64,000 nt of DNA, from NCBI GenBank assembly GCA_050251945.1, contig JBFWLW010000002.1, forward strand, positions 313,655 through 377,654, given 5' to 3'. The stretch is from Deferribacterales bacterium. Lineage in GTDB: Bacteria > Chrysiogenota > Deferribacteres > Deferribacterales > Geovibrionaceae. Shown here piece by piece: positions 1 through 9,839 of this stretch. Within the stretch, counting starts at the first letter, position 1. Each line of letters starts with the position of its first letter. The translations under genes were made by a program, and so were the position numbers. A model generated the notes under the pieces. The model did not search any database, was not told the origin of the DNA, and saw only the letters and a program-made list of their open reading frames with translations.

Positions 1-252
1 GAATTTACGCAGAAGTATCGGCACGGCGCCAACATGGTCTTCGTGTCCGTGGGTTATGAAAACCCCTTTCAGCTTATGCTTTATCTGCTCGATATAATCA
101 AAGCCCGGGACAACGTAGTCGATACCGGGAAAGCTGCTATCTGCGAACATTACTCCGCAGTCAACAATAATGGCAGAGCTTTCGGTCTCGTAGACATACA
201 TATTCATGCCTATCTCGCCGACACCGCCTAAAATTGAAATAGAACAAGACAT
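1..252 (-). CDS. rnj: Ribonuclease J, N-terminal part (runs off window start)
   Basis: Manual translation from ATG at 252: MSCSISILGGVGEIGMNMYVYE...IIVDCGVMF...FITHGHEDHVGA; GGxGEIGxN and THGHEDH metallo-beta-lactamase motifs. Not in ORF track. Confidence 0.93.
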   Translation of the reverse strand, partial: MSCSISILGGVGEIGMNMYVYETESSAIIVDCGVMFADSSFPGIDYVVPGFDYIEQIKHKLKGVFITHGHEDHVGAVPILLRKF

Positions 253-312
253 AAGAGTATATTAAAGAAGTCCGTGGCAAAACACAAGCAAGTTAAAGTT
301 AAAGGAATAAAA

Positions 313-337
313 AACCCTGTGCTTTTTACACAGGGTT
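313..337 (-). terminator. Probable intrinsic terminator of the small secreted protein gene
   Basis: Stem AACCCTGTG/CACAGGGTT followed by a T run on the minus strand. Confidence 0.6.
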
Positions 338-343
338 CAAAAA

Positions 344-493
344 TTATTTTCCTTGTGGAGCTTGCTGTTGTGCCCCTCCGCAGCCGCAATTGCTCTGCGC
401 AGGAGTTTGGGGCGCCGCCTTTGTTTCAGCAGCAAAGGCTGTTACAGCCGCAAAAAGCGCAATGGCGAGAACGAAAATAAAAGTAGATTTCAT
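344..493 (-). CDS. Small secreted protein (49 aa) with CGCGG motif
   Basis: GGAGGA RBS before ATG 493; signal peptide MKSTFIFVLAIALFAAVTAFA; mature part ...SNCGCGGAQQQAPQGK. Confidence 0.7.
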   Translation of the reverse strand: MKSTFIFVLAIALFAAVTAFAAETKAAPQTPAQSNCGCGGAQQQAPQGK

Positions 494-555
494 TGTATTA
501 TCCTCCGGATGTAAATCTATAGACAAGACAGAGAATGATTTATTAAGTTCAGATG

Positions 556-1686
556 TCAGACTATGAAAATTTTGCCGTCGATGTTTCTTCCGAAACGCTG
601 GCTGTTGCCTATGCGCCAGAAGACGCATGACACATCCGTGATATCCGTGTCGTCGTCAAACACGAATATTTTAGAAAATTTGCCGTAGAACGGATCGTTT
701 TTCAGTCTTTTCAACAAAATATCGTTAATTCCGTCCGCAAGAACAAAACAGAGCCGCCCGTATACGCCAACCTCCGGATGCCTTATGTCGCGGACTGAGG
801 AATAACTTTCGCAAAAACGGTAAAAGTTGACCCGCGCCGCCGCCTGCCCCAGATACACGTTCTCCGTCGGAGGGATATCCGTTATCATAGTCTGCAAAAA
901 GCCGCCGCGCATCATCTGCACGGATTTTATATTCAGAACCGGAAAATCCTTCGGCTCGGTGAAACGTCCGGTGTGATTCAGAAACCTGCCGCCCTTCGCG
1001 CGCTCCGCACCGACGGTTCCGTGAATTATAACACGGGTATCAGACGGAACAGGAAAACCCGACGTACGGATATATTTCACATCGCCCAGACGTGAAGCCA
1101 GCCGCAGAGCGTCGGTATCGTAAGGGAAACTGCATGCGCATGTGAACACCAGAAACGGCGAACAGCCCACCGCTATGGTTACTGGGATGTCTCCGTGTGC
1201 CTCTGATATGGATTTTGCGAGTCCGCTTTTGTCGGCGCAGTGGATAACAGCGCGCTTTTCACCGATAGGCTCGATGCGGTAGATTCCGCCGTGGTATATT
1301 CCGCTGTGTTCGTTTATGACACATCCGAGGTTTATGGAACCTGACGTATCGCCGTCATGGAATTTGCAGAGCGGCAGGTCTTCAAGTCCCTTAAGAGTGT
1401 CGTATGCCTTGGGATCTGTGAATGAAAGCTGTGAAATATCATGGGATTGGCGGTTTGCGCGCTCGGCGAGTGTGTCTGAGGGCATGCCCCATGCCGCCTC
1501 AAGCCGCGCAGGAGACGCGAAAGCGTTTATGAGCAGAGGAAACGCTGAACCTGCAACACGGGCGAAAAAGGGCGGTTCGCTGTTCATACAGCCGCTTTTC
1601 GCCAGTTCTGACAGCTCTTCCCCTCTGTATTCCCCCTTAAGAAAGGGTATTTCTGTATATTTCAGGTAATAATCAAGATCGGGTAT
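556..1686 (-). CDS. UbiD-family decarboxylase-like protein, short and divergent (start uncertain: ATA 1686 or ATG 1587)
   Basis: PLLINAFAS, GIYR, PVTIAVG, IIHG, NHTGRF, PPTEN, FDDDTDI motifs resemble UbiD; frame stays open upstream of 1587 to an ATA preceded by GGAGG. Confidence 0.75.
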   Translation of the reverse strand: MPDLDYYLKYTEIPFLKGEYRGEELSELAKSGCMNSEPPFFARVAGSAFPLLINAFASPARLEAAWGMPSDTLAERANRQSHDISQLSFTDPKAYDTLKGLEDLPLCKFHDGDTSGSINLGCVINEHSGIYHGGIYRIEPIGEKRAVIHCADKSGLAKSISEAHGDIPVTIAVGCSPFLVFTCACSFPYDTDALRLASRLGDVKYIRTSGFPVPSDTRVIIHGTVGAERAKGGRFLNHTGRFTEPKDFPVLNIKSVQMMRGGFLQTMITDIPPTENVYLGQAAARVNFYRFCESYSSVRDIRHPEVGVYGRLCFVLADGINDILLKRLKNDPFYGKFSKIFVFDDDTDITDVSCVFWRIGNSQRFGRNIDGKIFIV

Positions 1687-1742
1687 AACATCCTCCAGAC
1701 ACTATACCCGATTATACACATAAAAAAGAGGAGAACGCACCT

Positions 1743-3785
1743 TTATTCTGTGCGGAATTCGTTGGCAAGAGCCATAAGCTCCGAAGAATCTTTCTGGAGC
1801 TGGGCAACCGTGTCGTTCACGTTTGAAACTGCCACAAAGCTCTGTTTTATACTGTCGGTGACGTTTTCAAGCCGCGCGCCTATCTCGTTCATAGACCTCG
1901 TCTGTTCCATTACGGATGAGGACATGCTCGAATTTGCACCCTTGATATGATCCATTGAGCTGATTATACCGTCGAAAGTGACTTTCGCATCTGTGATGGT
2001 GCTAACGCCCACCGTTACCGTTTCGGCTGCCTCTTTCATTGTGGAGTTCACCGTCTGGGTTTCGGACTGGAGCGCAGAGATTATTTTGCTTATCTCTGTG
2101 GTGGCGGACTGGGTCTTCTCCGCCAGCTTGCGCACTTCATCTGCAACAACCGCAAATCCTCTGCCCGCTTCCCCCGCTCTTGCCGCTTCAATGGCGGCGT
2201 TCAGCGCAAGAAGGTTCGTCTGGTCTGCGATATCGCTGATAACGTTTATGATGTTTCCTATCTCCTCGGAAGATTCGGAAAGCCTGTCCACCGTGGCGGA
2301 AAGTTCATCCACCTGAGTGTTGATATCCTGAATGGCGCTGAGCGACCTGTCCAGCTTAACTCCGCCGTCTTTGGTCTTTGATATGGTTTCGTCTGTCTGA
2401 ACGGAGATATTGCCGAGGCTGTTCTCAACAGCGTCCGCCTGTTCGCGCACGGCGGAAAGCTCTGAGCTGATACCGGTTATCTCCTCTGTCTGCACGCGAA
2501 AAGTCGCCGCAAATTCCTCCATAGTGGAGGCAAGTTCGCTGTTTATGCTCGAGAGGTCGGTAGTACTCTCTTTAACCCTTACGATTATCCTTTGCAGATT
2601 TGCGATAAAGGTGTTCATGTATGCCGCAAGCTGACCTACTTCGTCGGTTCTGTCCAGCGTGATCCGTTTGGTCAGATCCCGCTCGTCGGTCATTTTGTCG
2701 CGAAGGAAGATAAGGTCTTTCGCAAGTATTCCGGTTACTATTATAACAGTGAGCAGAAGGGTTATTATCGCACCGACATGTATGAATGCCAGACCGTTTA
2801 TAACTTTTTGCTGATAAACGAGAAATTCACTTTCATATGAACCTGTGGCTACAACCCAGCCCAGCTTTTCCAGAGTGAAATATTTAAGAAGCTTAACGGC
2901 GGGTCTGCCGTCCTTAAGTTCGCTGTATTCTATCTCGCCGCTTTTGTTCTCTATCATCTTCCTGATATACGCGACACCTTCGGTGTCTTTGTCCTCAAGT
3001 CCCTTCTGTCCCTGTTTCTGAGGATGGACGAGATAGTTGCCTTCGGTGTCTATTATGAACGGAAATCCGGTCTCGGCGACCTTCATCTTGGCGAATGAAT
3101 TTCTTATGGAATCAAGAAGCACTTCCTCGGATATTCCCACATAAAGCACGCCGATAACATCGCCGCCGGATTTTATGGGTTCATATACCGTCCAGTACCA
3201 TTTTCCGACAACGTTGGCTCTGCCTCTGTATGTTTCGCCGGACATCACTGTCTGATACACAGCCGAATCCTTCGGGATGAATGTTCCGACAGCGCGTGTG
3301 CCGTCCTTTTTCATGACGTTTGTGGAGACACGCAGAAGTCCTTTGTCAATAACCTGAAATATTGTTGCCGTCAGTCCTTTGATATCCGCTCGTTTCGCCG
3401 CAGCGTCAACAGGTGCGAAGTTGCCGTAGATATCCTCGCCGTCATACATCATGGCGGGGATAGTCACGGGAAATTCGTCGCCGCTCTTCTGGTCAACGGC
3501 TTTAACTGTCTTTGTGTTCGCGCTGTCGATGGAAAATTCCGATTTCAGATAAAGAAGTGTGCGGAACGTTGAAAAATTTGATCTGACAAGTTCAATTGAC
3601 TGTGCATAAAAAAGATTTACGGTTTCGCCCAAAACCGCTGTGTTCTCCTCAAGCGAGGCTCTCGACTCGAGAAGCATCTCTTTTTTCACTTTTTCTCCCG
3701 TTGCATAGGCGAGAATAAGGAAAATAAGTATAAGTGGAATGCCGAAATACAGCGAGTATTTCGCCCGGATGCTTTTAATCTTCAT
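1743..3785 (-). CDS. Methyl-accepting chemotaxis protein with Cache-type sensor domains
   Basis: Two TM segments, Cache motifs (RAVGTFI, GFPFIID), signalling motif [38 protein letters not shown]. Confidence 0.95.
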   Translation of the reverse strand: MKIKSIRAKYSLYFGIPLILIFLILAYATGEKVKKEMLLESRASLEENTAVLGETVNLFYAQSIELVRSNFSTFRTLLYLKSEFSIDSANTKTVKAVDQKSGDEFPVTIPAMMYDGEDIYGNFAPVDAAAKRADIKGLTATIFQVIDKGLLRVSTNVMKKDGTRAVGTFIPKDSAVYQTVMSGETYRGRANVVGKWYWTVYEPIKSGGDVIGVLYVGISEEVLLDSIRNSFAKMKVAETGFPFIIDTEGNYLVHPQKQGQKGLEDKDTEGVAYIRKMIENKSGEIEYSELKDGRPAVKLLKYFTLEKLGWVVATGSYESEFLVYQQKVINGLAFIHVGAIITLLLTVIIVTGILAKDLIFLRDKMTDERDLTKRITLDRTDEVGQLAAYMNTFIANLQRIIVRVKESTTDLSSINSELASTMEEFAATFRVQTEEITGISSELSAVREQADAVENSLGNISVQTDETISKTKDGGVKLDRSLSAIQDINTQVDELSATVDRLSESSEEIGNIINVISDIADQTNLLALNAAIEAARAGEAGRGFAVVADEVRKLAEKTQSATTEISKIISALQSETQTVNSTMKEAAETVTVGVSTITDAKVTFDGIISSMDHIKGANSSMSSSVMEQTRSMNEIGARLENVTDSIKQSFVAVSNVNDTVAQLQKDSSELMALANEFRTE

Positions 3786-3889
3786 CTTTCCCCCAAAACC
3801 AATAGAATCTGATTGCTAAATGTGTTGTGTACGCAAAAATATAGCGCTTAAGAGCATAAATTCAATAAAAAAATTAACAAACTGAATTA

Positions 3890-4573
3890 TTATTTTTTAA
3901 TACAGATAGTAGCGTCGCAGATGCCGAAGCTCATTGGGTTGAATTGCGCCTCTGAAAATCCTGCATCAAGAATCATTTGCCGGTATACGTCCCTTTTCGG
4001 AAATTTGTACACCGAATCGGGCAGATACTCGTATGCTTTTCTGTTTCCGGAGATGATGCCGCCGATAAAAGGCAGTATCTTTGTGAAATAAAGCCTGTAA
4101 AGTCTGCTGAAAATCGGTCCATCGGGCTGTGAAAACTCAAGAATACAGAGCTTTCCGCCGTCTTTAAGCACCCTGTGCATCTCTTTCAGACCTTTCGCCT
4201 TGTCCGTTACGTTCCTGAAACCGAAGGAGATTGTTATTCTGTCGAAGCTGTTGTCAGCGAACGGGAGACAGTGGGCATCCGCCACACTGAACGAACCTTT
4301 CGGGAATTTCTGTTTACCAATCAGCATCATGTTATAGCTGAAATCGCCGCCCACAAGGTTGACGCCCTGAACCCTTTTGTCCATCTCTATCATCATGTCG
4401 GCTGTTCCGCACGCAAGGTCGAGAACTGTCTGACCGCCTGCGATTCCCGCCAGTTTAATAGCCTTTTTACGCCAGCGCACGTCGGTACGGAAGCTCAAAA
4501 CCCTGTTCAGAAGGTCATACCTTCCGGCTATATTGTCAAACATCTGCTGTATTTCTTTTGATTTCTGTTCCAA
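3890..4573 (-). CDS. ubiE: Demethylmenaquinone/ubiquinone methyltransferase (UbiE/MenG)
   Basis: MFDNIAGRYDLLN, VLDLACGTAD, SFGFRNV, YEYLPDSV. Confidence 0.93.
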   Translation of the reverse strand: MEQKSKEIQQMFDNIAGRYDLLNRVLSFRTDVRWRKKAIKLAGIAGGQTVLDLACGTADMMIEMDKRVQGVNLVGGDFSYNMMLIGKQKFPKGSFSVADAHCLPFADNSFDRITISFGFRNVTDKAKGLKEMHRVLKDGGKLCILEFSQPDGPIFSRLYRLYFTKILPFIGGIISGNRKAYEYLPDSVYKFPKRDVYRQMILDAGFSEAQFNPMSFGICDATICIKK

Positions 4574-4584
4574 GAAAAAACCCC

Positions 4585-6150
4585 TTAAATCCTTATGATC
4601 ATGCAGGTGAAATCATCCTTCTGCATCTCTCTGTCCAATACCATATCCTCGTAAAGAACATCAAGTATATTATCCGCACCGGAATTTGCAAGCTGTTTGA
4701 CTTTCTGCATGAGATTATCTTCGCTCATGTATTCTATCAGCCCGTCGGTGTAAAGAAAAAGCGTGTCGCCTTTTGCAAGCGGTTCAGTCTTAACCGTGTA
4801 TTTCTCCTCCATCAGACCGATAGGGAGAAAATCCGAAACTATACTTTTGTCGCCGCTCGCTGAAAGGTGCATGATCGGTTCGTGTCCGCACGAGAGATAG
4901 CGCAGGCTGAGGTCATTTTTATCTATGAAGCCGAAGAAAGCAGTGATGAACCTGTCTCCGAAGTTTTTCCCAAGAAGGAAGCTGTTCAGTGTTCCGGCAA
5001 GCTTATCCAGCGCGACGTCTCTGTCAAAAAGTTCTGCATTTTCTGTAAAAACGCTCAGAACAACGGTGAAAACGGCGGCGGAATAGCCCTTTCCGCAAAC
5101 GTCAGCTATGCAGAAAAAAAGCCCGTCAGGAGTCTCTTTAACAGTCATGTAATCGCCGCCCGCGGCACGCGCCGGATGATTTATTCCGCGCAGAAATATT
5201 CCGCAGTCTGCCGAAACGGATTTGGACACGAACTTGTTCAGTATCTCCCCTGTTGCAGACATCTCTGATTCCTGAATCTTCAGTTTTGTCATCTTCTGGT
5301 GATACATTGCGTTTTCAACCGCAGTCGAGACTATGGACGACACCAGTTCAGAAAATTCTTTATCGGGTATGATATCGAAATGTATGTTGAAAAGCAGGAT
5401 GCGGATATTCTTCGTCTCTTCGTAGATGAAAAAAATGTTCTCTATGTTGAATTTGGAACAGTCTATCCTGTCCTCGATAAATTCAGTGTAGTCGATACCC
5501 ATTACATAAGCGTAAGCACCCTGTTCGCCGATACGAACGTTGTTGCGCACGTCGCCCTCTTCCAGTCCGAAACCTATGAATTCGCTGTTGTGCAGAACAC
5601 AGCCCGCCTCCGCGGAAAAAACGTCCATAAAGAATGTGAGCGCAAGCGCCACAACCTCGTCAAGCTCCACAGCGCGCAGTATCCTGCTGCTCTGTTTAAC
5701 AAATTCGATCTTCTTCTGGTAATCCACATATACGTTTATATTCTTTTCACGGGCGATAAGCTCGGCAAGCCTCTGCCCTATGTAGTCGCTGAACGCGATA
5801 AGCTCGGCAAATATTTTGTATTCCGGCGCCTCGTGAAAACTGACGGCACAGTATACCGTTCCCATATGGCTGAAAAACACCGTTCCGTAGACGTCTATCT
5901 TCTCATCGAAAAATTCAAGGGTACGGCGCTCTTTGGAACTTCCGGTGCCGTCGAATCCGAGGTCGTGTATGTCGTATTTTCCTTCCGCATTCCTGTGCGC
6001 GCCTGTCACAGGCGTGCAGATACTCATATCTATCTGCCATATGGTGAACGGCGCAAAGCATGCGCTGTCCAGATACTCACGCATACCGTGGTAAAAATCC
6101 TGAACGCCGTTGGCAAAAAGAGCATCGAGAAGCTTTTTAGGAAATATCAT
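4585..6150 (-). CDS. SpoIIE/RsbU-like PP2C Ser/Thr phosphatase with GAF-like N-terminal region
   Basis: GGDY, IADVCGKG, CGHEP, LYTDGLIE, DDFT motifs. Confidence 0.88.
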   Translation of the reverse strand: MIFPKKLLDALFANGVQDFYHGMREYLDSACFAPFTIWQIDMSICTPVTGAHRNAEGKYDIHDLGFDGTGSSKERRTLEFFDEKIDVYGTVFFSHMGTVYCAVSFHEAPEYKIFAELIAFSDYIGQRLAELIAREKNINVYVDYQKKIEFVKQSSRILRAVELDEVVALALTFFMDVFSAEAGCVLHNSEFIGFGLEEGDVRNNVRIGEQGAYAYVMGIDYTEFIEDRIDCSKFNIENIFFIYEETKNIRILLFNIHFDIIPDKEFSELVSSIVSTAVENAMYHQKMTKLKIQESEMSATGEILNKFVSKSVSADCGIFLRGINHPARAAGGDYMTVKETPDGLFFCIADVCGKGYSAAVFTVVLSVFTENAELFDRDVALDKLAGTLNSFLLGKNFGDRFITAFFGFIDKNDLSLRYLSCGHEPIMHLSASGDKSIVSDFLPIGLMEEKYTVKTEPLAKGDTLFLYTDGLIEYMSEDNLMQKVKQLANSGADNILDVLYEDMVLDREMQKDDFTCMIIRI

Positions 6151-7237
6151 TATCCGCCTTCTCCGAAATCAGCACGGGGTCAACCGCCTCGTGCAGTTTT
6201 TCAAGGGTCAGTCCAAGCGCAAGCGCACAATCGGATATCGTGTCCTCAAGCGCCTCATGGCAGTCTATGTTTTTGTGCATCTGGTTGGCGAAATACAGCA
6301 CGCGGCTGAACGTGTCCTTACCAAGCTGATGGTGATAGCGTACGGACTCAGCGATACTCTTCACCACAGCCCATTTCGTGAGCACAAGCTCACCCACGGC
6401 ACAGTGATCAGTTCCGAGCTGGTTCCGCTCGTCCTCAATGGTGACCGCTTCTTTAACGAGAAAGTCCACAATAACGGTCTTGCCCATATCGTGCATAAGA
6501 CCTGCCAGATAAAGCGCGTCCTCGTCTTCACCAACCAGCTTCGCGATAGCCTCGCAAAGCCTTGCAACGGCGAATCCGTGCTGCCATATCTTCTGACCTG
6601 TCGTTTTCAGCAGGCTGAAATTCTTATTGTAAAAAGACTCTGTGGAAACAGCCAGCGCAAGGTTCTTAACGGTATTAAGCCCCAGAAGGACAGTCGCCCT
6701 GTCTATACTGGATATCTCCTGCCGCACACCGTAGAAAGGGGAATTCACCAGCTTTATGATGCGGGAGCTAAGCCCCTGATCCTTCTTTATCTGGTCAACA
6801 AAATCCTTAATTCTCGTCTTGTCGTTGCGCGTAAGCCTTACAAGTTCCCTCGCAAGCGCAGGCAGAGGGGGAATATTCTCCGCTTTCGCTATTATTTTGG
6901 CTTTCAGTGTGTCAAACTCGCTGCCGTTCGCAGTGGATGTCTGCACGTTTCCGCTGAACATCTTTTTGACCACTTCCTCCGGTTTGACAGGGGGAAAAAA
7001 TATCCCCGATATCTTAAAATCCGTAAGAGCGTCAAGAAGCTGTCTGTCTTTTTTTGTGATATAGAAAAATGTCGGGACAGAGAATTTTTTCGGTAGACGA
7101 AAAAGAGTGGACGCCTCGGATATCTCTATTACGCAGAGATCGGCGTTCTTCTCCGAGGTTATCTCCCCGTGTCCGGCGATGGCAAACTGAAACAGGTTTC
7201 TGCTCTCCTGCGAGCCTATGAAAAGAACACGCATCAC
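6137..7237 (-). CDS. HDOD domain protein with degenerate receiver-like N-terminus
   Basis: IPPLP, DQGLSSRIIKLVNSPFYG, AGLMHDMGK, WAVVKSIAESVRYHH. Confidence 0.9.
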   Translation of the reverse strand: MMRVLFIGSQESRNLFQFAIAGHGEITSEKNADLCVIEISEASTLFRLPKKFSVPTFFYITKKDRQLLDALTDFKISGIFFPPVKPEEVVKKMFSGNVQTSTANGSEFDTLKAKIIAKAENIPPLPALARELVRLTRNDKTRIKDFVDQIKKDQGLSSRIIKLVNSPFYGVRQEISSIDRATVLLGLNTVKNLALAVSTESFYNKNFSLLKTTGQKIWQHGFAVARLCEAIAKLVGEDEDALYLAGLMHDMGKTVIVDFLVKEAVTIEDERNQLGTDHCAVGELVLTKWAVVKSIAESVRYHHQLGKDTFSRVLYFANQMHKNIDCHEALEDTISDCALALGLTLEKLHEAVDPVLISEKADNDIS

Positions 7238-7593
7238 GACCTGCTTTTTATGATGTCGATAAGCTCTTTGGGACTGAACGGCTTTGTCAGATATTCATCT
7301 GCGCCGGCGTCCCTGCCTTTTTTAATATCATCGGATTCCGCCATGGCTGTCAGCAGAACAACAGGTATGGAGGCAAGTTCGGGAACGGCCTTTATTTCGG
7401 CACACGCCTCAAGTCCGGTCTTCTCCGGCATCATCACGTCAAGCACGATGATGTCGGGTACCAGCTCCTTTGCCATTTCCACTGCCTGCTGACCGTTTCC
7501 GGCCTCATAAACATCAAAACCGCTTTTCTTCAGATGAAGCGCCACCACTTTGCGGAGGCGAAGCTCATCATCGGCAATTAATACTCTCATCAT
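7234..7593 (-). CDS. Single-domain response regulator (CheY-like)
   Basis: VLIADDE, LDVMMP, LLTA, TKPF. Confidence 0.95.
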   Translation of the reverse strand: MMRVLIADDELRLRKVVALHLKKSGFDVYEAGNGQQAVEMAKELVPDIIVLDVMMPEKTGLEACAEIKAVPELASIPVVLLTAMAESDDIKKGRDAGADEYLTKPFSPKELIDIIKSRS

Positions 7594-8155
7594 GGAACCT
7601 CAAAATAATGGATGTTTTATCATAGCTCATCACTATACCGGTTCTCTCAAAAATCTCCGCAAATATGGTAAATATGGGCTGAATCTCATTATAGCCCTTA
7701 TCGGGCAGAATATATATTTTGTTCTCGTCGTGGGTTACTTTCAGCTCCCCTGCCGACGAAGCAAGCCCTTCCTGCAAAAGTATCTGAAAAAGACTTTTAA
7801 AGGAATAAGCGTCGCATCTGATGCTTACGCCGTTAAGACGGCTGTTTACAGCGGCGCTCTCCTGCGACACTGCGTTTTTGATATAAAGCCCTGTGAGAAG
7901 GGCAATATCCACCTCTTCAAGCTCTATGTCGTGCGGTTTCCCCAGCACGTGGTTGAAACAAACGCTCATCCCTCTGTCATAAAGGTCAAGCAAATAACCG
8001 GACTCCATTATCATATCGGTCATAGACTTGTCGGTAAGCCCCTCCGCAACTACATCCAGCATGGCAACGACAACAGACGTACATGTCCTGATATGGTGGG
8101 AGAAATACCGGTATGTAACGTCCAGACGACGTTCAATATCCTCAGGTGAAGACAT
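7568..8155 (-). CDS. Hypothetical protein, degenerate histidine-kinase-like (possible phosphotransferase)
   Basis: H-box-like FSHHIRT and kinase-like 'LFQILLQEGL' segment, but no N/G1/G2 ATP-binding boxes; overlaps the receiver gene. Confidence 0.55.
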   Translation of the reverse strand: MSSPEDIERRLDVTYRYFSHHIRTCTSVVVAMLDVVAEGLTDKSMTDMIMESGYLLDLYDRGMSVCFNHVLGKPHDIELEEVDIALLTGLYIKNAVSQESAAVNSRLNGVSIRCDAYSFKSLFQILLQEGLASSAGELKVTHDENKIYILPDKGYNEIQPIFTIFAEIFERTGIVMSYDKTSIILRFHDESINCR

Positions 8156-8247
8156 CCGAGCTACCCCCGATTTCTTGGAATTAAAATCATAAAAAGATTT
8201 TACACGAATTTTAAGTAAAATGCTCGAAATATTTACTAAGACAGAAT

Positions 8248-8273
8248 GTGCGGGCAGGTTTGACTGCCCGCAC
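8248..8273 (-). terminator. Hairpin downstream of metQ
   Basis: GTGCGGGCAG-gtttga-CTGCCCGCAC perfect 10-bp stem. Confidence 0.6.
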
Positions 8274-8290
8274 GAAACGGATTATGCGTA

Positions 8291-9139
8291 TTAATTCGTA
8301 ATAAGGGTCTGTGCGGGAAGGATGGAACCCTTATATTTTTCCTCTATAAACTTTTTAACATCTCCGGAAACAAGAACGTCTTCAAGTTTTTTAAGAGCGG
8401 GGTCATTCACCCTGTCCGATTTCACAACCAGAATATTGGCATAGGGAGAATCGGAATCCTCTATGAAAAGCGCATCCCTTGAAGGGTTAAGACCGCCTTC
8501 AAGAGCATAGTTGGTGTTTATAACAGCTACGTCCACATCCTGAAGCACGCGGGGAAGCTGTGCGGCATCAAGCGTTTTAACCGTCAGTTTTTTCGGATTA
8601 TCAATGATATCCTGAACTGTCGCCTGTATACCCGCCCCTTCGTTCAGTTTCAGAAGCCCTGCTTTTTCAAGAAGCACAAGGGCGCGTCCTGCATTTGAAG
8701 GATCGTTGGGAATGGCAATAACAGCCTTGTCCTTTATCTCCGCAACGGATTTCACCTTTGATGAATAAAGGCCGATGGGTTCGATATGCACTTTTGCAAC
8801 AGCGACAAGATCAAGTCCGTGGTCTTCGTTGAAAGAATCGAGATACGGCATGTGCTGAAAGAAGTTAGCATCCAGATCACCTTTGTCCAGCGCAAGGTTA
8901 GGCTGAACGTAATCTGTGAACTGCACTATTTCAAGATCAACTCCCTCTTTCGCCAGAATAGGTTTTGCAAACTCCAGAATCTCCGCATGGGGAACGGGAG
9001 TTGCGCCCACTTTTATGACCACGGGAGCATCCTGTTTCGGTTCCGCCGCAGCCTCCTCTTTTTTGGGTTTTGAGCATCCCGATATAAGCAGAACACTGAA
9101 AACCGCAACAATTAGAGCCGTAATACTTCTTTTTCTCAT
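8291..9139 (-). CDS. metQ: Methionine ABC transporter substrate-binding lipoprotein
   Basis: Lipobox ISGC; VGATPVPHAEIL, DANFFQH, IPNDPSNAGRAL. Confidence 0.95.
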   Translation of the reverse strand: MRKRSITALIVAVFSVLLISGCSKPKKEEAAAEPKQDAPVVIKVGATPVPHAEILEFAKPILAKEGVDLEIVQFTDYVQPNLALDKGDLDANFFQHMPYLDSFNEDHGLDLVAVAKVHIEPIGLYSSKVKSVAEIKDKAVIAIPNDPSNAGRALVLLEKAGLLKLNEGAGIQATVQDIIDNPKKLTVKTLDAAQLPRVLQDVDVAVINTNYALEGGLNPSRDALFIEDSDSPYANILVVKSDRVNDPALKKLEDVLVSGDVKKFIEEKYKGSILPAQTLITN

Positions 9140-9167
9140 ATATACCTCCGCGGGCTGTCAGCCCCGA

Positions 9168-9839
9168 TCATCTTTTTGTGTGCATGGCACCCACCGCAAG
9201 TCTGGTGCCGAGGGTCTGAACCGCCTGAACGAATATCACAAGCACAGCAACGGTGATTATCATCACGTCGGTGCGGAACCGGTTATATCCGTACTGGATG
9301 GCGAGGTCGCCGAGACCGCCGCCGCCCACTGCACCTGCCATAGCGGTGTAGCCGATAACATTGATTATTGTTATTGCCGCTCCGAGGACAAGCGAGGACT
9401 TCGCCTCCGGCAGCAGTACCTTATAAATAATCTGAAAAGGGGACGCGCCCATGGACTGCGCCGCCTCTATCACCCCGTGGGGTATCTCCTTCAGCGAGGA
9501 TTCCACAACCCTTGCCACAAAAGGAGCCGCCGCAACCACCAGCGGAACGACAGCCGCAGTGGTGCCGATGGACGTGCCGATAACCATTCTTGTGAACGGT
9601 ATCAGCGCTACCATGAGAACAATGAAAGGCGCTGAACGCAGTATGTTTATAACTGTTCCAAGCGTTCTCTCAACCCACGGCGCGGGCATGATATGCCCCC
9701 TTGATGTCACGACAAGCAGTATCCCCAGAGGAAGCCCTATCACATAGGACATAACTGCGGAAGCCGCCACCATATATAAAGTTTCAATCACTGCCGGAGT
9801 GAGAAGCCCCAGCATTGATGCGATATATCCGTCACTCAT
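9168..9839 (-). CDS. metI: Methionine ABC transporter permease
   Basis: RSAPFIVLMV, EAAQSMGAS, AMAGAVGGGGLGDLAIQYGY. Confidence 0.95.
   Translation of the reverse strand: MSDGYIASMLGLLTPAVIETLYMVAASAVMSYVIGLPLGILLVVTSRGHIMPAPWVERTLGTVINILRSAPFIVLMVALIPFTRMVIGTSIGTTAAVVPLVVAAAPFVARVVESSLKEIPHGVIEAAQSMGASPFQIIYKVLLPEAKSSLVLGAAITIINVIGYTAMAGAVGGGGLGDLAIQYGYNRFRTDVMIITVAVLVIFVQAVQTLGTRLAVGAMHTKR

Noticed and set aside
5299..7096. Long plus-strand ORFs (336 and 328 aa) and similar antisense ORFs elsewhere
   Set aside because: They are shadows of well-supported minus-strand genes and carry no motifs.
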